Shown here: one piece after another, positions 38,461 through 48,327 of the stretch
Layout: each line of letters opens with the position of its first letter
Numbering within the stretch: the first letter of the stretch is position 1
NCBI GenBank assembly: GCA_033763455.1
Contig: JANRKO010000008.1
Coordinates: 40,051 to 104,050 of the forward strand
Direction: 5' to 3'
From: Polyangiaceae bacterium
Lineage (GTDB): Bacteria; Myxococcota_A; Polyangia; Polyangiales; Polyangiaceae
Length of the DNA stretch: 64,000 nucleotides
Translations under genes and position numbers: made by a program
The notes under the pieces: generated by a model
What the model was told of the DNA's origin: nothing
Seen by the model: only the letters and a program-made list of their open reading frames with translations
Databases searched by the model: none

Positions 38461-40782
38461 ATGAAGTTTGACCTTTCTACAAAGAAAATAGGCATCGCAC
38501 TCACCACGTTTGGCCTGCTGGGCGGCACAGCCTGCAGCGCCACGGAGGGCACAGAGGTGGACGCGGCGGTTGTTGGCTCGGTGAGTGAGGCACTCACGTG
38601 TTCGACCCCAACCTACTATCTGAAGAATAAATCCAATTCGCGGTACTGCAGGATCGATCCCGGAACTGCCACGACGCGGCCAGGTGCGATCCGCTGCGAT
38701 CAGACAACTACCGCCTCAGCGATGCGGGTGATCAAGCAAGCCGTTGGCACGGGTCTGTTCAAGTTTCAAATCGCGACCGGAGCGTACGCCGGCTTCTACG
38801 TTCACAAGCCAACCACTCGGCTTGGAGGCAACGGCACTTTCCCCATCACGTTCAGGGAATCCGCCTGCAGTGGTGGCTTTGTGGCGTACAAAGATCAGAA
38901 CGCAACGGGCAACACGAATGTCAAAATGGAAGGCGATACGCAGCTCTCCACAACGTCCGCGAACAGCTGCGGTACTCCGGCCAATGAGTTCTTGTGGGAG
39001 GCCGCTGGCACCTTAACGGACTGCCCTGCGGCGGGCACCCTCAGTGGGAGCACGAATCCCAGTGCGCCGGCAACCTACTTCAACCTTTCGAACTGGAAGA
39101 TCACCCTGCCGGTCGATAAGTTCAACGAAGGAAAGGCAGCGGAACTCACTGAAACTGAGTTGCCGAACTGGTTCGACACCAACTTCTTCGTTGCATCCAA
39201 CGGCAATATGATCTTCAAGGTTCCGAACACGGGAGTGACCACCGAATCGACGTCCAACACGCGCTCAGAGCTGCGCGGGATGTTGCGTGCAGGCAATACG
39301 GCGATTGGGGATAAAGATCCGCTAAACAACTTCGTGCTTTCTTCGCATCCGAACAAATCCCAATTTGCAGCGGTTGGCCAGAAGCTTTCGGCCACCCTAG
39401 CGGTGAATCACGTTAGCGCTCCGACTTCTCCGGGGCAGCCGACTTGTGATGTCACCAAGAAGTCCGCTCACTCGGTAATTGTCGGTCAGGTTCACACTGT
39501 CGACGCGAGCACCCTAGGCAGTACGTGGAGCATCAACAACGAGCCCCTGCGCATTTATTACAAGAAGCATCCGACACACCCCAAAGGGTCGGTATTTTGG
39601 ACCTATAGCCTGAACGTGGACACTAGTTCGGACTTCTGCACAGCCGTTTGGGGTAATTGTTGGACAACCATGACAGATCCAGGCGCCGCAGGCGTCGACT
39701 TGGGTGAAGCCTGGAGTTACGTCGTCGACATTGTGGGTACAACAATGAACCTCACCTTCACCCGTGCGAATGGACCAACGCGTACCTTCAGCGTAAATCT
39801 GGCGACAGGCCAGTACCCCGGCGATAACCCGGAGGGTTACGCCAAGAATTCTTTCTACTTCAAACTCGGTGCCTACAATCAGTCCAACGCTGGCACTAAT
39901 GCGTGCCCTGGGGCAAGTCAGACTACCGCCTGGCAGTACGCCAACGGTGCCTATGCCCAGGTAACCTTCTCCGCGGCCACGCATGGCCCTTCTGGCACTG
40001 CAAGTGCGCCAACCTGCACGGATGGCATCAAGAACGGTACTGAAACCAACACTGATTGTGGCGGCGTGAGTGGCGGCGTCACGTGCCCGGCTTGCCCATC
40101 AGCGGTTTGCGGCAACGGCTCTGTCCAAAGCCCCGAACAGTGTGACGACGGCAATACCACTACTGAAACGTGCCCCACCTATGGCGGCTCCTGCACCAAT
40201 GTGTGCAGCGCAAGTTGCCAGTTCGTCACGGTTCTTGGCCCCAGGTGCGGGGACTCAAGCGTGCAAGGAGGCAACGGCGAACAGTGCGACGACGGCAATA
40301 CCACTAATACCGATGGTTGCAGCAACACCTGCAAGACGCCAACCTGTACGGATGGCATCAAGAACGGCACTGAAACCAACACTGATTGTGGCGGCGTGAG
40401 CGGTGGTTTTGCGTGTCCGGCTTGCCCGACGGGTGGCGCCACGTATCAAGCAGAAGCTAACGGCATGGTCCGCAACGAATGCGACGCGCCCGCAAGTGGT
40501 TGGGTTAATATGTGGGACTCCACCGCGTCCTATATTCAGAAGGATGGCTCGGTGGCAGGCAGGACCGTTACTATTCGCTACCGAAACGAAAACGAGGAGT
40601 CAGCCCCGGGCAGCCTCAGCCTTCGCGTCGCCGGCGAACTCAAGGAGACAAAGGTTGCAAATGCAACGGATGGCGCAGAGCTGACCTTTAACTACGCTGT
40701 GTTACAAGGCCAAAGCGTGCGGATCTCGAACGCTGGTGCCAGCGAAGGCATGGCCATCGACTACATTCGGATCAACCCGTAA
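38461..40782 (+). CDS. Polysaccharide lyase family 7 (alginate lyase) multidomain lipoprotein
   Basis: GTAC lipobox; LSNWKITLP, TRSELRGM, IVGQVH, YFKLGAYNQ PL7 motifs; CGNG...EQCDDGN myxobacterial repeats; C-terminal YQAE...IDYIRI CBM6/35-like domain. Confidence 0.85.
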   Translation: MKFDLSTKKIGIALTTFGLLGGTACSATEGTEVDAAVVGSVSEALTCSTPTYYLKNKSNSRYCRIDPGTATTRPGAIRCDQTTTASAMRVIKQAVGTGLFKFQIATGAYAGFYVHKPTTRLGGNGTFPITFRESACSGGFVAYKDQNATGNTNVKMEGDTQLSTTSANSCGTPANEFLWEAAGTLTDCPAAGTLSGSTNPSAPATYFNLSNWKITLPVDKFNEGKAAELTETELPNWFDTNFFVASNGNMIFKVPNTGVTTESTSNTRSELRGMLRAGNTAIGDKDPLNNFVLSSHPNKSQFAAVGQKLSATLAVNHVSAPTSPGQPTCDVTKKSAHSVIVGQVHTVDASTLGSTWSINNEPLRIYYKKHPTHPKGSVFWTYSLNVDTSSDFCTAVWGNCWTTMTDPGAAGVDLGEAWSYVVDIVGTTMNLTFTRANGPTRTFSVNLATGQYPGDNPEGYAKNSFYFKLGAYNQSNAGTNACPGASQTTAWQYANGAYAQVTFSAATHGPSGTASAPTCTDGIKNGTETNTDCGGVSGGVTCPACPSAVCGNGSVQSPEQCDDGNTTTETCPTYGGSCTNVCSASCQFVTVLGPRCGDSSVQGGNGEQCDDGNTTNTDGCSNTCKTPTCTDGIKNGTETNTDCGGVSGGFACPACPTGGATYQAEANGMVRNECDAPASGWVNMWDSTASYIQKDGSVAGRTVTIRYRNENEESAPGSLSLRVAGELKETKVANATDGAELTFNYAVLQGQSVRISNAGASEGMAIDYIRINP
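40007..40427 (+). repeat. ~90-bp near-identical direct repeat (40007-40097 and 40337-40427) inside the lyase gene
   Basis: Both copies encode PTCTDGIKNGTETNTDCGGVSGG..CPACP; offset 330 bp. Confidence 0.85.
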
Positions 40783-40814
40783 GCGAACTCGCATAAATCG
40801 AACAAGACGCAGGC

Positions 40815-40848
40815 TCTGCCCCCTCGAAGGAGGGGGCGGACTCGTTTT
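40815..40848 (+). terminator. Intrinsic terminator after the PL7 gene
   Basis: TCTGCCCCCTC-GAAG-GAGGGGGCGGA stem followed by CTCGTTTT. Confidence 0.6.
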
Positions 40849-41131
40849 GCGGGTCTACCGACGCGCCGTATCTCGTCAGAAAAGTACCGATACGGCGAGC
40901 TATACGGATCCGCTGCGCCCTCCCGCCGGCGCATTTCGCACCCCTGCGTTGACCGGTTCTGTTCGCCTGCCTGGGGCGCGGACTCAACCCCACGGCTCGC
41001 AGATCTTCGTGCACCACGTGTCACCCGAGCCCGCGGCACTCGATCCCCGGCTCCTCCAGGTGTTTCGTCAGGACGCTGTCGACTCCTACTTCGACCAGGA
41101 TGAGCGTGGCGTGAGCCGGGCGGAACCGCGC

Positions 41132-42058
41132 TCAGTTCCGGGCAGCCAAACGTGGAGGATTGGTGGTTCTGCAGCGCGCGCGGTAATCCCGCGGGCTTAA
41201 GCCAACCACTTGTTTGAATTGGCGACTGAACAAGAATAACTCCTTGTAGCCCAACGTGTGGGCCACTTCGGTCACGCTCAATTGAGATTCGGCGAACAAA
41301 TCTGCAGCGCGGAAAGCTCGCTGCTCCATGAGCCAAGCGCGCGGAGCCTTGCCGTAGGTGCTGCGAAACAGGCGCGTGAAATAATCCGTAGAAAGGCCCA
41401 CCACTTGCGCCATGTTGTCGGTGTCGGGCCACTGCGCCAGGTTTTGGTCCACCCAGGCTGCTAGCGCCTTTCTTTGACCCAGCGAGAGGCTGCGTTTTTG
41501 GCCATGTGCATTCTGATCAAGCCGCAAAATCGTGGTGAAAAGGAGCAGCATCAGGCCGCGCAGCTTGGCTTGATGGTACGCGAGGGGTGAACGGTGCTCT
41601 TGAATCACCTGCTCCATGATGGGGCGCGCCTCACTGGCCCCGCGGATAATCACTGGCTCCTGGGAGAGTGCCTGCGGGAGCGGAAGCGGGGAGACGAGCG
41701 CTCGGACGTCGCTCGGGCGGGCGGTGGCATCATCCTCGGCAGCTTCAGCGGCCGTGACCTCGAAACGCATGAAGCACAGATTGACCGGAAGAGGGCCCTG
41801 CAGGATCTCGTGCGGGTAATTCGGCGGGATCCAGATCAGATCGTTATTGGATAAAATCTGGTGTTTGTCGTCGTAGTGGCAATGGATGGTGTTGGCGGCA
41901 ACGAAGATGACCACGTGGTGCGGGATGGTTCGCGGGCCAAGCTTTAGGCCTTGCACCTTGTGGGGAAAGCCGGAACGCACCATTTCGATGGCCCGCCGGG
42001 GATCAGAGAGCTCATCCAAAACGGGTGCGTGTTCGTCAGCCGAATGCATCGATTCCAT
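41132..42058 (-). CDS. AraC-family transcriptional regulator
   Basis: Cupin-like LIWIPPNYPHE; MA..VGLS.DYFTRLFRSTYG, LGY....FSRQFK...GLSPRDYR. Confidence 0.9.
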   Translation of the reverse strand: MESMHSADEHAPVLDELSDPRRAIEMVRSGFPHKVQGLKLGPRTIPHHVVIFVAANTIHCHYDDKHQILSNNDLIWIPPNYPHEILQGPLPVNLCFMRFEVTAAEAAEDDATARPSDVRALVSPLPLPQALSQEPVIIRGASEARPIMEQVIQEHRSPLAYHQAKLRGLMLLLFTTILRLDQNAHGQKRSLSLGQRKALAAWVDQNLAQWPDTDNMAQVVGLSTDYFTRLFRSTYGKAPRAWLMEQRAFRAADLFAESQLSVTEVAHTLGYKELFLFSRQFKQVVGLSPRDYRARCRTTNPPRLAARN

Positions 42059-42312
42059 GCGTCCGATCTAACACAAGCACTTCACTCCCCGTATTGCAGT
42101 TCTTGCTGAATATTGAGCATTCTTCTGGTCTGTCCGGTTTGTCTCACCGGCGGAGTGTAAGTTTTGTGGGCAGCTACAAAGTACGGACTCGCGCGTGGCT
42201 GAGCGAATTTCCAAGCCCGCCCTGCCCGAGAACGCGCCTCTCCTTATAGAGGTGGGCATCCTTGTGCGGGGGTCCTTCACTTGAGCGGCAAACCCCATGA
42301 GGGGCTGCGTCT

Positions 42313-42837
42313 TTAGAGCCAGAGTAGGCTGTCACGGAGGCGATCGGCGCGACGCACAGCGTCGTCCAAGGCATCGCATATCTCTGTGATGGAAGAGGGC
42401 TTGTTGAGGGTGGCTCGCACGCGGCCTCGGAGCTCGCTCGGCATGCAAAGCACCTGGTTCGAGTGCACAATGCAGGTGAGTGTTGGATCGAGTTCCTGCG
42501 CTTGGACGAGCAGTTCCTCACCCCGCATCCCAGGCATCTGCAGATCCGTTATCATCACGTCAAAGCGGTTCTGTTTTAAGAGCTCAACCGCCGACGTGCC
42601 GTCCGCTGCAACCACGACCTCGATAGTGGGTCGGTGCAGCTTGAGCTGTCGTACGAGAGTGCGCAGGATCACCGGATCGTCGTCCACCAGGAGCAACCGT
42701 GCCGAAGTGGGTTGTTCGGTGCGTGTTCCGGCCTGGACACCACTAGGAGGGCTCGGCTCCAGCACGCGAAAGGAGGCCTCCTCTTCGATGTCAGTGGCCT
42801 TTACCCAGGTGAGCGGTTTGTTTCGAGCCTTATCCAT
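42313..42837 (-). CDS. Single-domain response regulator with N-terminal extension
   Basis: LLLVDDDP, FDVMITDLQMPGMRG, IVHS, LNKP; start placed at ATG 42837. Confidence 0.8.
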   Translation of the reverse strand: MDKARNKPLTWVKATDIEEEASFRVLEPSPPSGVQAGTRTEQPTSARLLLVDDDPVILRTLVRQLKLHRPTIEVVVAADGTSAVELLKQNRFDVMITDLQMPGMRGEELLVQAQELDPTLTCIVHSNQVLCMPSELRGRVRATLNKPSSITEICDALDDAVRRADRLRDSLLWL

Positions 42838-42948
42838 TTCCGTCCCAGAGGAGGGCGGAGTCTGCCCGAGATGCCCTGGGCTTGCGAGCCTCATTCTGGG
42901 AATCAACACGCTTGCACGGGGTACCCCGTCTGAGAGAGGCTCCCGCAT

Positions 42949-45900
42949 ATGCTCACGTTTCCAGGGGCGCCAGCCTACACCGCGGGTCGATTGGCTAAGC
43001 TTCTTGCGCGCGTTCACGAGAAAAACCCGCGAGTGCACGCAATCTACGGGGAGTTTGTGCACTTTGTGGACGAGCTACGGGCTCCAGACCCCAGCGACCT
43101 TGCCGTGTTAGCCAAGCTTCTCACCTACGGGCCTCGTGTAGCGCTCGAAGGGCCCCTACCCGCTGAAACCCGTGAGGATGTGCGCGATGCATCTGCGACG
43201 CTTTCGGGCCTCAGGCTGTTAGTAGTGCCGAGGCTCGGGACCATCTCGCCGTGGTCTTCCAAAGCTACCGACATCGCACGGATCTGTGGCTTGGGGGAGC
43301 TCGTGAAGCGGATTGAGCGGGGAGTGTTGGTTACTGTTGCGGGCGAGGTGGATGATGAACCTGGGCTCTGTTCTGTCATTTCCGATCGCATGACGGAATC
43401 GGTGCTGGATGGCGTCTCTCAAGCCACGGCGCTTTTTCATCGAGCGGAGGCGGCGCCACTTTCGCAGATCGACGTGTTGGGGCAGGGAGTGGGTGCGCTG
43501 GAAGCCGCCAACCGGGAACTGGGGCTCGCGCTCGCGCCCGACGAAATCGAATATTTGATGCAGAACGCGCAGAAGCTCCAGCGCAACTACAACGATATTG
43601 AGCTCATGATGTTCGCTCAAGCCAATAGCGAGCATTGTCGCCACAAGATCTTCAACGCAAGCTTCATCATCGACGGGGAACCGCAGCCAAAGACCCTGTT
43701 CCAAATGATCCGTCGCACTACCGAGGCGAGCCCACGGGGCGTACTTTCTGCCTATTCGGACAACGCCGCGGTGCTCGAAGGCTTCTCCGGGGGCCGCTTC
43801 TTCCCCGATCCTGTGAGCCACATCTACACGTCGCACCAAGAGCCCGTTCACATCGTCTTCAAGGTCGAAACCCACAACCACCCAACGGCTATATCGCCTC
43901 ATGCTGGAGCGGCTACAGGTTCCGGCGGAGAGATCCGCGATGAAGGGGCCACGGGTAGAGGTGCCAAGCCGAAGGCCGGGCTCACTGGGTTCTCTGTTTC
44001 GAACCTGCGGTTGCCGGGAGCCGTGCAGCCGTGGGAAGGGGAGTATGGCAAGCCGAACCGCATGGCCTCGGCGCTCGACATCATGCTTGAGGGCCCTATC
44101 GGTGCGGCGGCGTTCAATAACGAATTTGGTCGCCCGAATTTGTGCGGATATTTTCGTACATTCGAGCTAGAAGTGCCGACCGAAACAGGCATAGAGGTGC
44201 GCGGTTACCACAAGCCGATCATGCTGGCGGGTGGCGTGGGCAGTATTCGTGAAGGGCACGTCCAAAAAGGAGTGATTGCCGAGGGAGCGCCGCTCGTCGT
44301 TTTGGGTGGGCCAGCGTTGCTGATTGGGTTGGGTGGTGGAGCCGCGTCTTCGATGGCTTCGGGGGCTTCCACGGAGGACTTAGACTTTGCTTCCGTGCAG
44401 CGCGGTAATCCCGAGATGGAAAGGCGTTGTCAGGAAGTCATCGACGCCTGCTGGGCGCTTGGAGATAACAGCCCCATCGTGTCTATTCACGACGTGGGAG
44501 CCGGTGGGCTTTCCAACGCTTTGCCCGAGCTTATGTTTGATTCCAAGCGTGGCGGGAGCTTGGAGCTCCGGGCTATCCCGAACGACGAACCGGGCATGTC
44601 GCCGCTTGAGATCTGGTGCAATGAAGCTCAGGAACGTTACGTGCTGGGCCTCGATCCCAGCAGGCTTTCGGTGTTTGCCGCTATTTGCGAGCGGGAGCGG
44701 GCGCCGTTTGCGGTGGTTGGGCACACGACCTCCGACGGCCAGTTGCGGGTGCGTGACACCCACTTTGGGAATACGCCCATCGATCTGCCGCTTCAGGTTT
44801 TGCTGGGCAAGCCTCCCAAGATGGTGCGCCGTGTTCAACGAACGCAAGCAAACCTCACGCCGGCCGCTCTTGCTGGAGTTTCGGTGAAGGAAGCAGTTGC
44901 TCGCGTGTTACAGCTGCCAACTGTAGCTGATAAATCATTTCTTATAACGATTGGCGATCGCAGCGTCACCGGCCTCGTGTGTCGGGATCAAATGGTTGGC
45001 CCCTTTCAGGTGCCCGTGGCTGATGCGGCCGTTACCGTTACCGCGTTTGACTGCTATACGGGTGAAGCTTTTGCGATGGGAGAACGCACGCCGCTTGGGC
45101 TTCTGAACGCCCCAGCGTCGGCACGCATGGCGGTAGCGGAAGCCATCATGAATCTTGCGGGCACCCCCATCGCGAAGCTCTCGGATATCAAGCTCTCGGC
45201 TAATTGGATGGCACCCGCGGGCAGCCGAGGCGAAGATGCTCGGCTTTTTGACGCTGTCTTTGCGGTCGGAGAAGAGCTTTGCCCAGCGCTCGGTATTGCC
45301 ATCCCGGTGGGCAAAGATTCTCTCTCCATGCGCACAGTTTGGGAGGGTGATGGGCAGAGCAAATCGGTGACCTCGCCTGTTTCCCTTATCGTGAGTGCGG
45401 CGGCGCCCGTCTATGATGTTCGCAAAGCGCTCACGCCCGAGCTGGTGCGTGGAGAGGGGCCCACTAGGCTCTTGCTGATTGACCTTGCTCGCGGTCGCAC
45501 AAGGCTGGGTGGGTCGTGTTTGTTGCAGGTCTTCAATCAAATCGGCTCTGAGGCACCGGATCTCGAGTCCCCATCGGATTTGAAAGCGTGCTTCGCCGCT
45601 ATTCAGGAACTCAACCGAGAAGGAGCTCTGCTCGCGTACCACGATCGGTCGGATGGCGGCCTGTTAGTAACGCTGGTGGAGATGGCGTTTGCTGGGGGCG
45701 TTGGACTTCGTATCGACCTCAGTGCGTTTACTGGAGATGCCCTCTCTGTGCTCTTCTGTGAGGAGCTTGGCGCCGTGTTACAGGTTCGGCAGGCTGACGT
45801 TTCACGCGTGGAGCGTGTGTTTGCCGAGGTGGGTTTGGCGGGTATAGTGCATGACTTGGGCGTCCCTGAAGAGTCGAACCACATCCAGTTTGTTCAACGT

Positions 45901-46881
45901 GGGGTTTCGGTATTTGAAGCGACGCGCACTGAACTGCGGGCGTTCTGGTCGGACATAACGTTTCGCATGCAGAGCCTGCGCGATGACGTTGCCTGTGCGG
46001 TAGAGGAGCACGCGGGCCGCCTGGATCCGGAGGCTCCTGGGCTTTCCTTTCATGCCTCCTTTGACATCAACGATGACATTGCTGCCCCGACCATCATGCG
46101 CGGAGCTCGCCCCAAGGTAGCCATACTGCGTGAGGAAGGTGTCAATGGTCAGGTAGAAATGGCAGCGGCCTTCGACCGCGCGGGGTTCAGCGCAGTGGAC
46201 GTTCACATGAGCGATATTCTTTCAGGGCGCGTCACCCTGAGTGAATTTCGGATGTTAGCCGCGTGCGGTGGCTTCTCCTACGGCGACGTGCTGGGTGCCG
46301 GGGAAGGCTGGGCAAAGTCCATTCTTTTCAATAGCCGCGCCCGGGCTGAATTTGTCGCATTTTTTGAACGCCCAGACACACTCACACTGGGCGTGTGCAA
46401 CGGCTGTCAGATGCTTTCCAATTTGCGCGAGCTCATGCCGGGCGCTCAAGATTTCCCCCGCTTCGTGCGCAACCGTTCGGAGCAGTTTGAAGCGCGGCTT
46501 TCGCGTGTTCGGATCGAGCCGTCTCCGTCGGTCTTGTTTGCAGGGATGGAAGGCTCACTTTTGCCGATTGCTGTGGCGCATGGGGAGGGGCGTGTGGAGT
46601 TTGCCAACGACGCGGAATTCCAGCGTCTTAACCGCAGCAGTTTGGTAAGCGCACGCTTCGTGGATCAACGCGGTTCACTTACCGAACGTTACCCGGACAA
46701 TCCGAACGGCTCTAAAGATGGCATTACCGCCGTCACCACCCGAGACGGTCGCGCCACGCTCATGATGCCGCACCCGGAACGCGTATTTCGTGCCGTTCAG
46801 CATTCGTATCGCCCGAAAGCTTGGCGAGAAGACGCCCCATTCCTGCGCATGTTCCGGAATGCTCGCGTTTGGTTGGGTTAG
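42949..46881 (+). CDS. purL: Phosphoribosylformylglycinamidine synthase (large, fused type)
   Basis: [61 protein letters not shown]. Confidence 0.97.
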   Translation: MLTFPGAPAYTAGRLAKLLARVHEKNPRVHAIYGEFVHFVDELRAPDPSDLAVLAKLLTYGPRVALEGPLPAETREDVRDASATLSGLRLLVVPRLGTISPWSSKATDIARICGLGELVKRIERGVLVTVAGEVDDEPGLCSVISDRMTESVLDGVSQATALFHRAEAAPLSQIDVLGQGVGALEAANRELGLALAPDEIEYLMQNAQKLQRNYNDIELMMFAQANSEHCRHKIFNASFIIDGEPQPKTLFQMIRRTTEASPRGVLSAYSDNAAVLEGFSGGRFFPDPVSHIYTSHQEPVHIVFKVETHNHPTAISPHAGAATGSGGEIRDEGATGRGAKPKAGLTGFSVSNLRLPGAVQPWEGEYGKPNRMASALDIMLEGPIGAAAFNNEFGRPNLCGYFRTFELEVPTETGIEVRGYHKPIMLAGGVGSIREGHVQKGVIAEGAPLVVLGGPALLIGLGGGAASSMASGASTEDLDFASVQRGNPEMERRCQEVIDACWALGDNSPIVSIHDVGAGGLSNALPELMFDSKRGGSLELRAIPNDEPGMSPLEIWCNEAQERYVLGLDPSRLSVFAAICERERAPFAVVGHTTSDGQLRVRDTHFGNTPIDLPLQVLLGKPPKMVRRVQRTQANLTPAALAGVSVKEAVARVLQLPTVADKSFLITIGDRSVTGLVCRDQMVGPFQVPVADAAVTVTAFDCYTGEAFAMGERTPLGLLNAPASARMAVAEAIMNLAGTPIAKLSDIKLSANWMAPAGSRGEDARLFDAVFAVGEELCPALGIAIPVGKDSLSMRTVWEGDGQSKSVTSPVSLIVSAAAPVYDVRKALTPELVRGEGPTRLLLIDLARGRTRLGGSCLLQVFNQIGSEAPDLESPSDLKACFAAIQELNREGALLAYHDRSDGGLLVTLVEMAFAGGVGLRIDLSAFTGDALSVLFCEELGAVLQVRQADVSRVERVFAEVGLAGIVHDLGVPEESNHIQFVQRGVSVFEATRTELRAFWSDITFRMQSLRDDVACAVEEHAGRLDPEAPGLSFHASFDINDDIAAPTIMRGARPKVAILREEGVNGQVEMAAAFDRAGFSAVDVHMSDILSGRVTLSEFRMLAACGGFSYGDVLGAGEGWAKSILFNSRARAEFVAFFERPDTLTLGVCNGCQMLSNLRELMPGAQDFPRFVRNRSEQFEARLSRVRIEPSPSVLFAGMEGSLLPIAVAHGEGRVEFANDAEFQRLNRSSLVSARFVDQRGSLTERYPDNPNGSKDGITAVTTRDGRATLMMPHPERVFRAVQHSYRPKAWREDAPFLRMFRNARVWLG

Positions 46882-46911
46882 GCAGCCGCACTGAGGCAGG
46901 GCTCCTTCGGC

Positions 46912-48150
46912 CTAGCCTAGGCCGCGAGCGTCAGTGGCGGCCTTCACTCGGCTGACGCCCACGGCAAATGCCGCTGTGCGCACCGAACACTTTAGGTCCG
47001 CCTGCATGTCTCGAATCGCCCGATAGCCGTCCACGACGTGTTTCTCAAGCTGGGCGTTTACCTGTTCTTCAGTCCACTTGAAGTTCTGCGTATTTTGGAC
47101 CCACTCGAAGTAGCTCACTGTGACGCCACCGCCGTTCACCCAGATGTCGGGCAGACACACGACGTTGCGCTGATTCAAGATCTCGTCTGCTTCGAAGGTT
47201 ACAGGACCGTTGGCCGCCTCCAGCACGTATTTCGCTCGCACCAAACCCGCGTTCTTCTCATGAATCACGTGGCCGAGGGCTGCGGGCACGAGCACGTCGC
47301 ATTCCGAAGTGAGAAGCTCTTCATTCGAAATCGGCTGCGAACCCGCAAAGCCGATGACTTTTCCGGTAGCGCGGTGGTGGGCCAAAAGCCCAGGAATATC
47401 TAGGCCCGCGGAATTCTGAATTCCACCGTAGGCATCGCTTACTGCCACAACCTTGCCGCCAGCCTCCGCCACGAACTTTGCGAACCAGCTACCCACATTC
47501 CCAAACCCTTGAATCGCGAACTTGGCTTGATCCACCGTACGGCCGTCGGATTTTAGAGCCTCACGAATGGCGAAGTAGCAGCCGCGGCCCGTGGCAGCTT
47601 CCCGGCCCAAGGAGCCGTGAAGTGAGAGTGGCTTGCCGGTTACTACCGCAGGGCTAAAGCCGTGACGCTTCGAGTATTGATCGAAGATCCACGCCATCAC
47701 CTGGGCGTTGGTATTCATATCGGGTGCAGGAATGTCTTCGTTGGGGCCGATCGTGGTTCCCAATTGATCGACAAACCTTCTGGTAAGCCGTTCTAGCTCC
47801 GTACGGCTAAGCGTACTTGGATCCACCTGAATGCCGCCTTTCGCACCTCCGAACGGCACATCGGCCACCGCAGTTTTCCAGGTCATCAAGCTCGCGAGTG
47901 AGCGAACTTCATCGATCTCCACCTCGGGGTGGTAGCGCAGGCCACCCTTGAATGGTCCCCGTGACTCATCATGCTGCACGCGATAGCCGATGAAGTTGCC
48001 AATCGTGCCATTATCGAGCTCGATCGCTAGCTCGACGCGGATTTCCCGGCTGGGCGTCACAAGGAGAGTGGTGTATCGATCATCCAGCTTGAGAGCTGTC
48101 ATGGCTCGGTGAATGAATTGGTTAGTGGATTCGTAAGCGCTGAGTGTCAT
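46912..48150 (-). CDS. gdhA: Glu/Leu/Phe/Val dehydrogenase (glutamate dehydrogenase)
   Basis: GPFKGGLRYHP, MTWKTA, PFGGAKGG, DIPAPD, IQGFGNVG, EAANGP, VSYFEWVQN. Confidence 0.9.
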   Translation of the reverse strand: MTLSAYESTNQFIHRAMTALKLDDRYTTLLVTPSREIRVELAIELDNGTIGNFIGYRVQHDESRGPFKGGLRYHPEVEIDEVRSLASLMTWKTAVADVPFGGAKGGIQVDPSTLSRTELERLTRRFVDQLGTTIGPNEDIPAPDMNTNAQVMAWIFDQYSKRHGFSPAVVTGKPLSLHGSLGREAATGRGCYFAIREALKSDGRTVDQAKFAIQGFGNVGSWFAKFVAEAGGKVVAVSDAYGGIQNSAGLDIPGLLAHHRATGKVIGFAGSQPISNEELLTSECDVLVPAALGHVIHEKNAGLVRAKYVLEAANGPVTFEADEILNQRNVVCLPDIWVNGGGVTVSYFEWVQNTQNFKWTEEQVNAQLEKHVVDGYRAIRDMQADLKCSVRTAAFAVGVSRVKAATDARGLG

Positions 48151-48327
48151 AGGGAACCTAGCTTGCGGAAGGGGAGCTCTTTTAAGTGTACCCGAGAGTT
48201 GTTCGTAGCGAAGCGTTGTCACGGACTTCATGGAGCAGGCGCTTCGATACGACCGTTTCCTACACGGGCCTACCGGCGGGCCGTGGGAGGCGCTAGCTCA
48301 TTTACGCGGGAATATCGGGGGAAATTG

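Noticed and set aside
40850..41131. Possible further gene remnant (…IFVHHVSPEPAALDPRLLQVFRQDAVDSYFDQDERG…)
   Set aside because: Looks protein-like, but I cannot assign a family, start or RBS; a BLASTX search is needed.
42838..43062. Long N-terminal extension of the response regulator overlapping purL
   Set aside because: It overlaps the conserved purL N-terminus on the opposite strand; a downstream ATG is more plausible.
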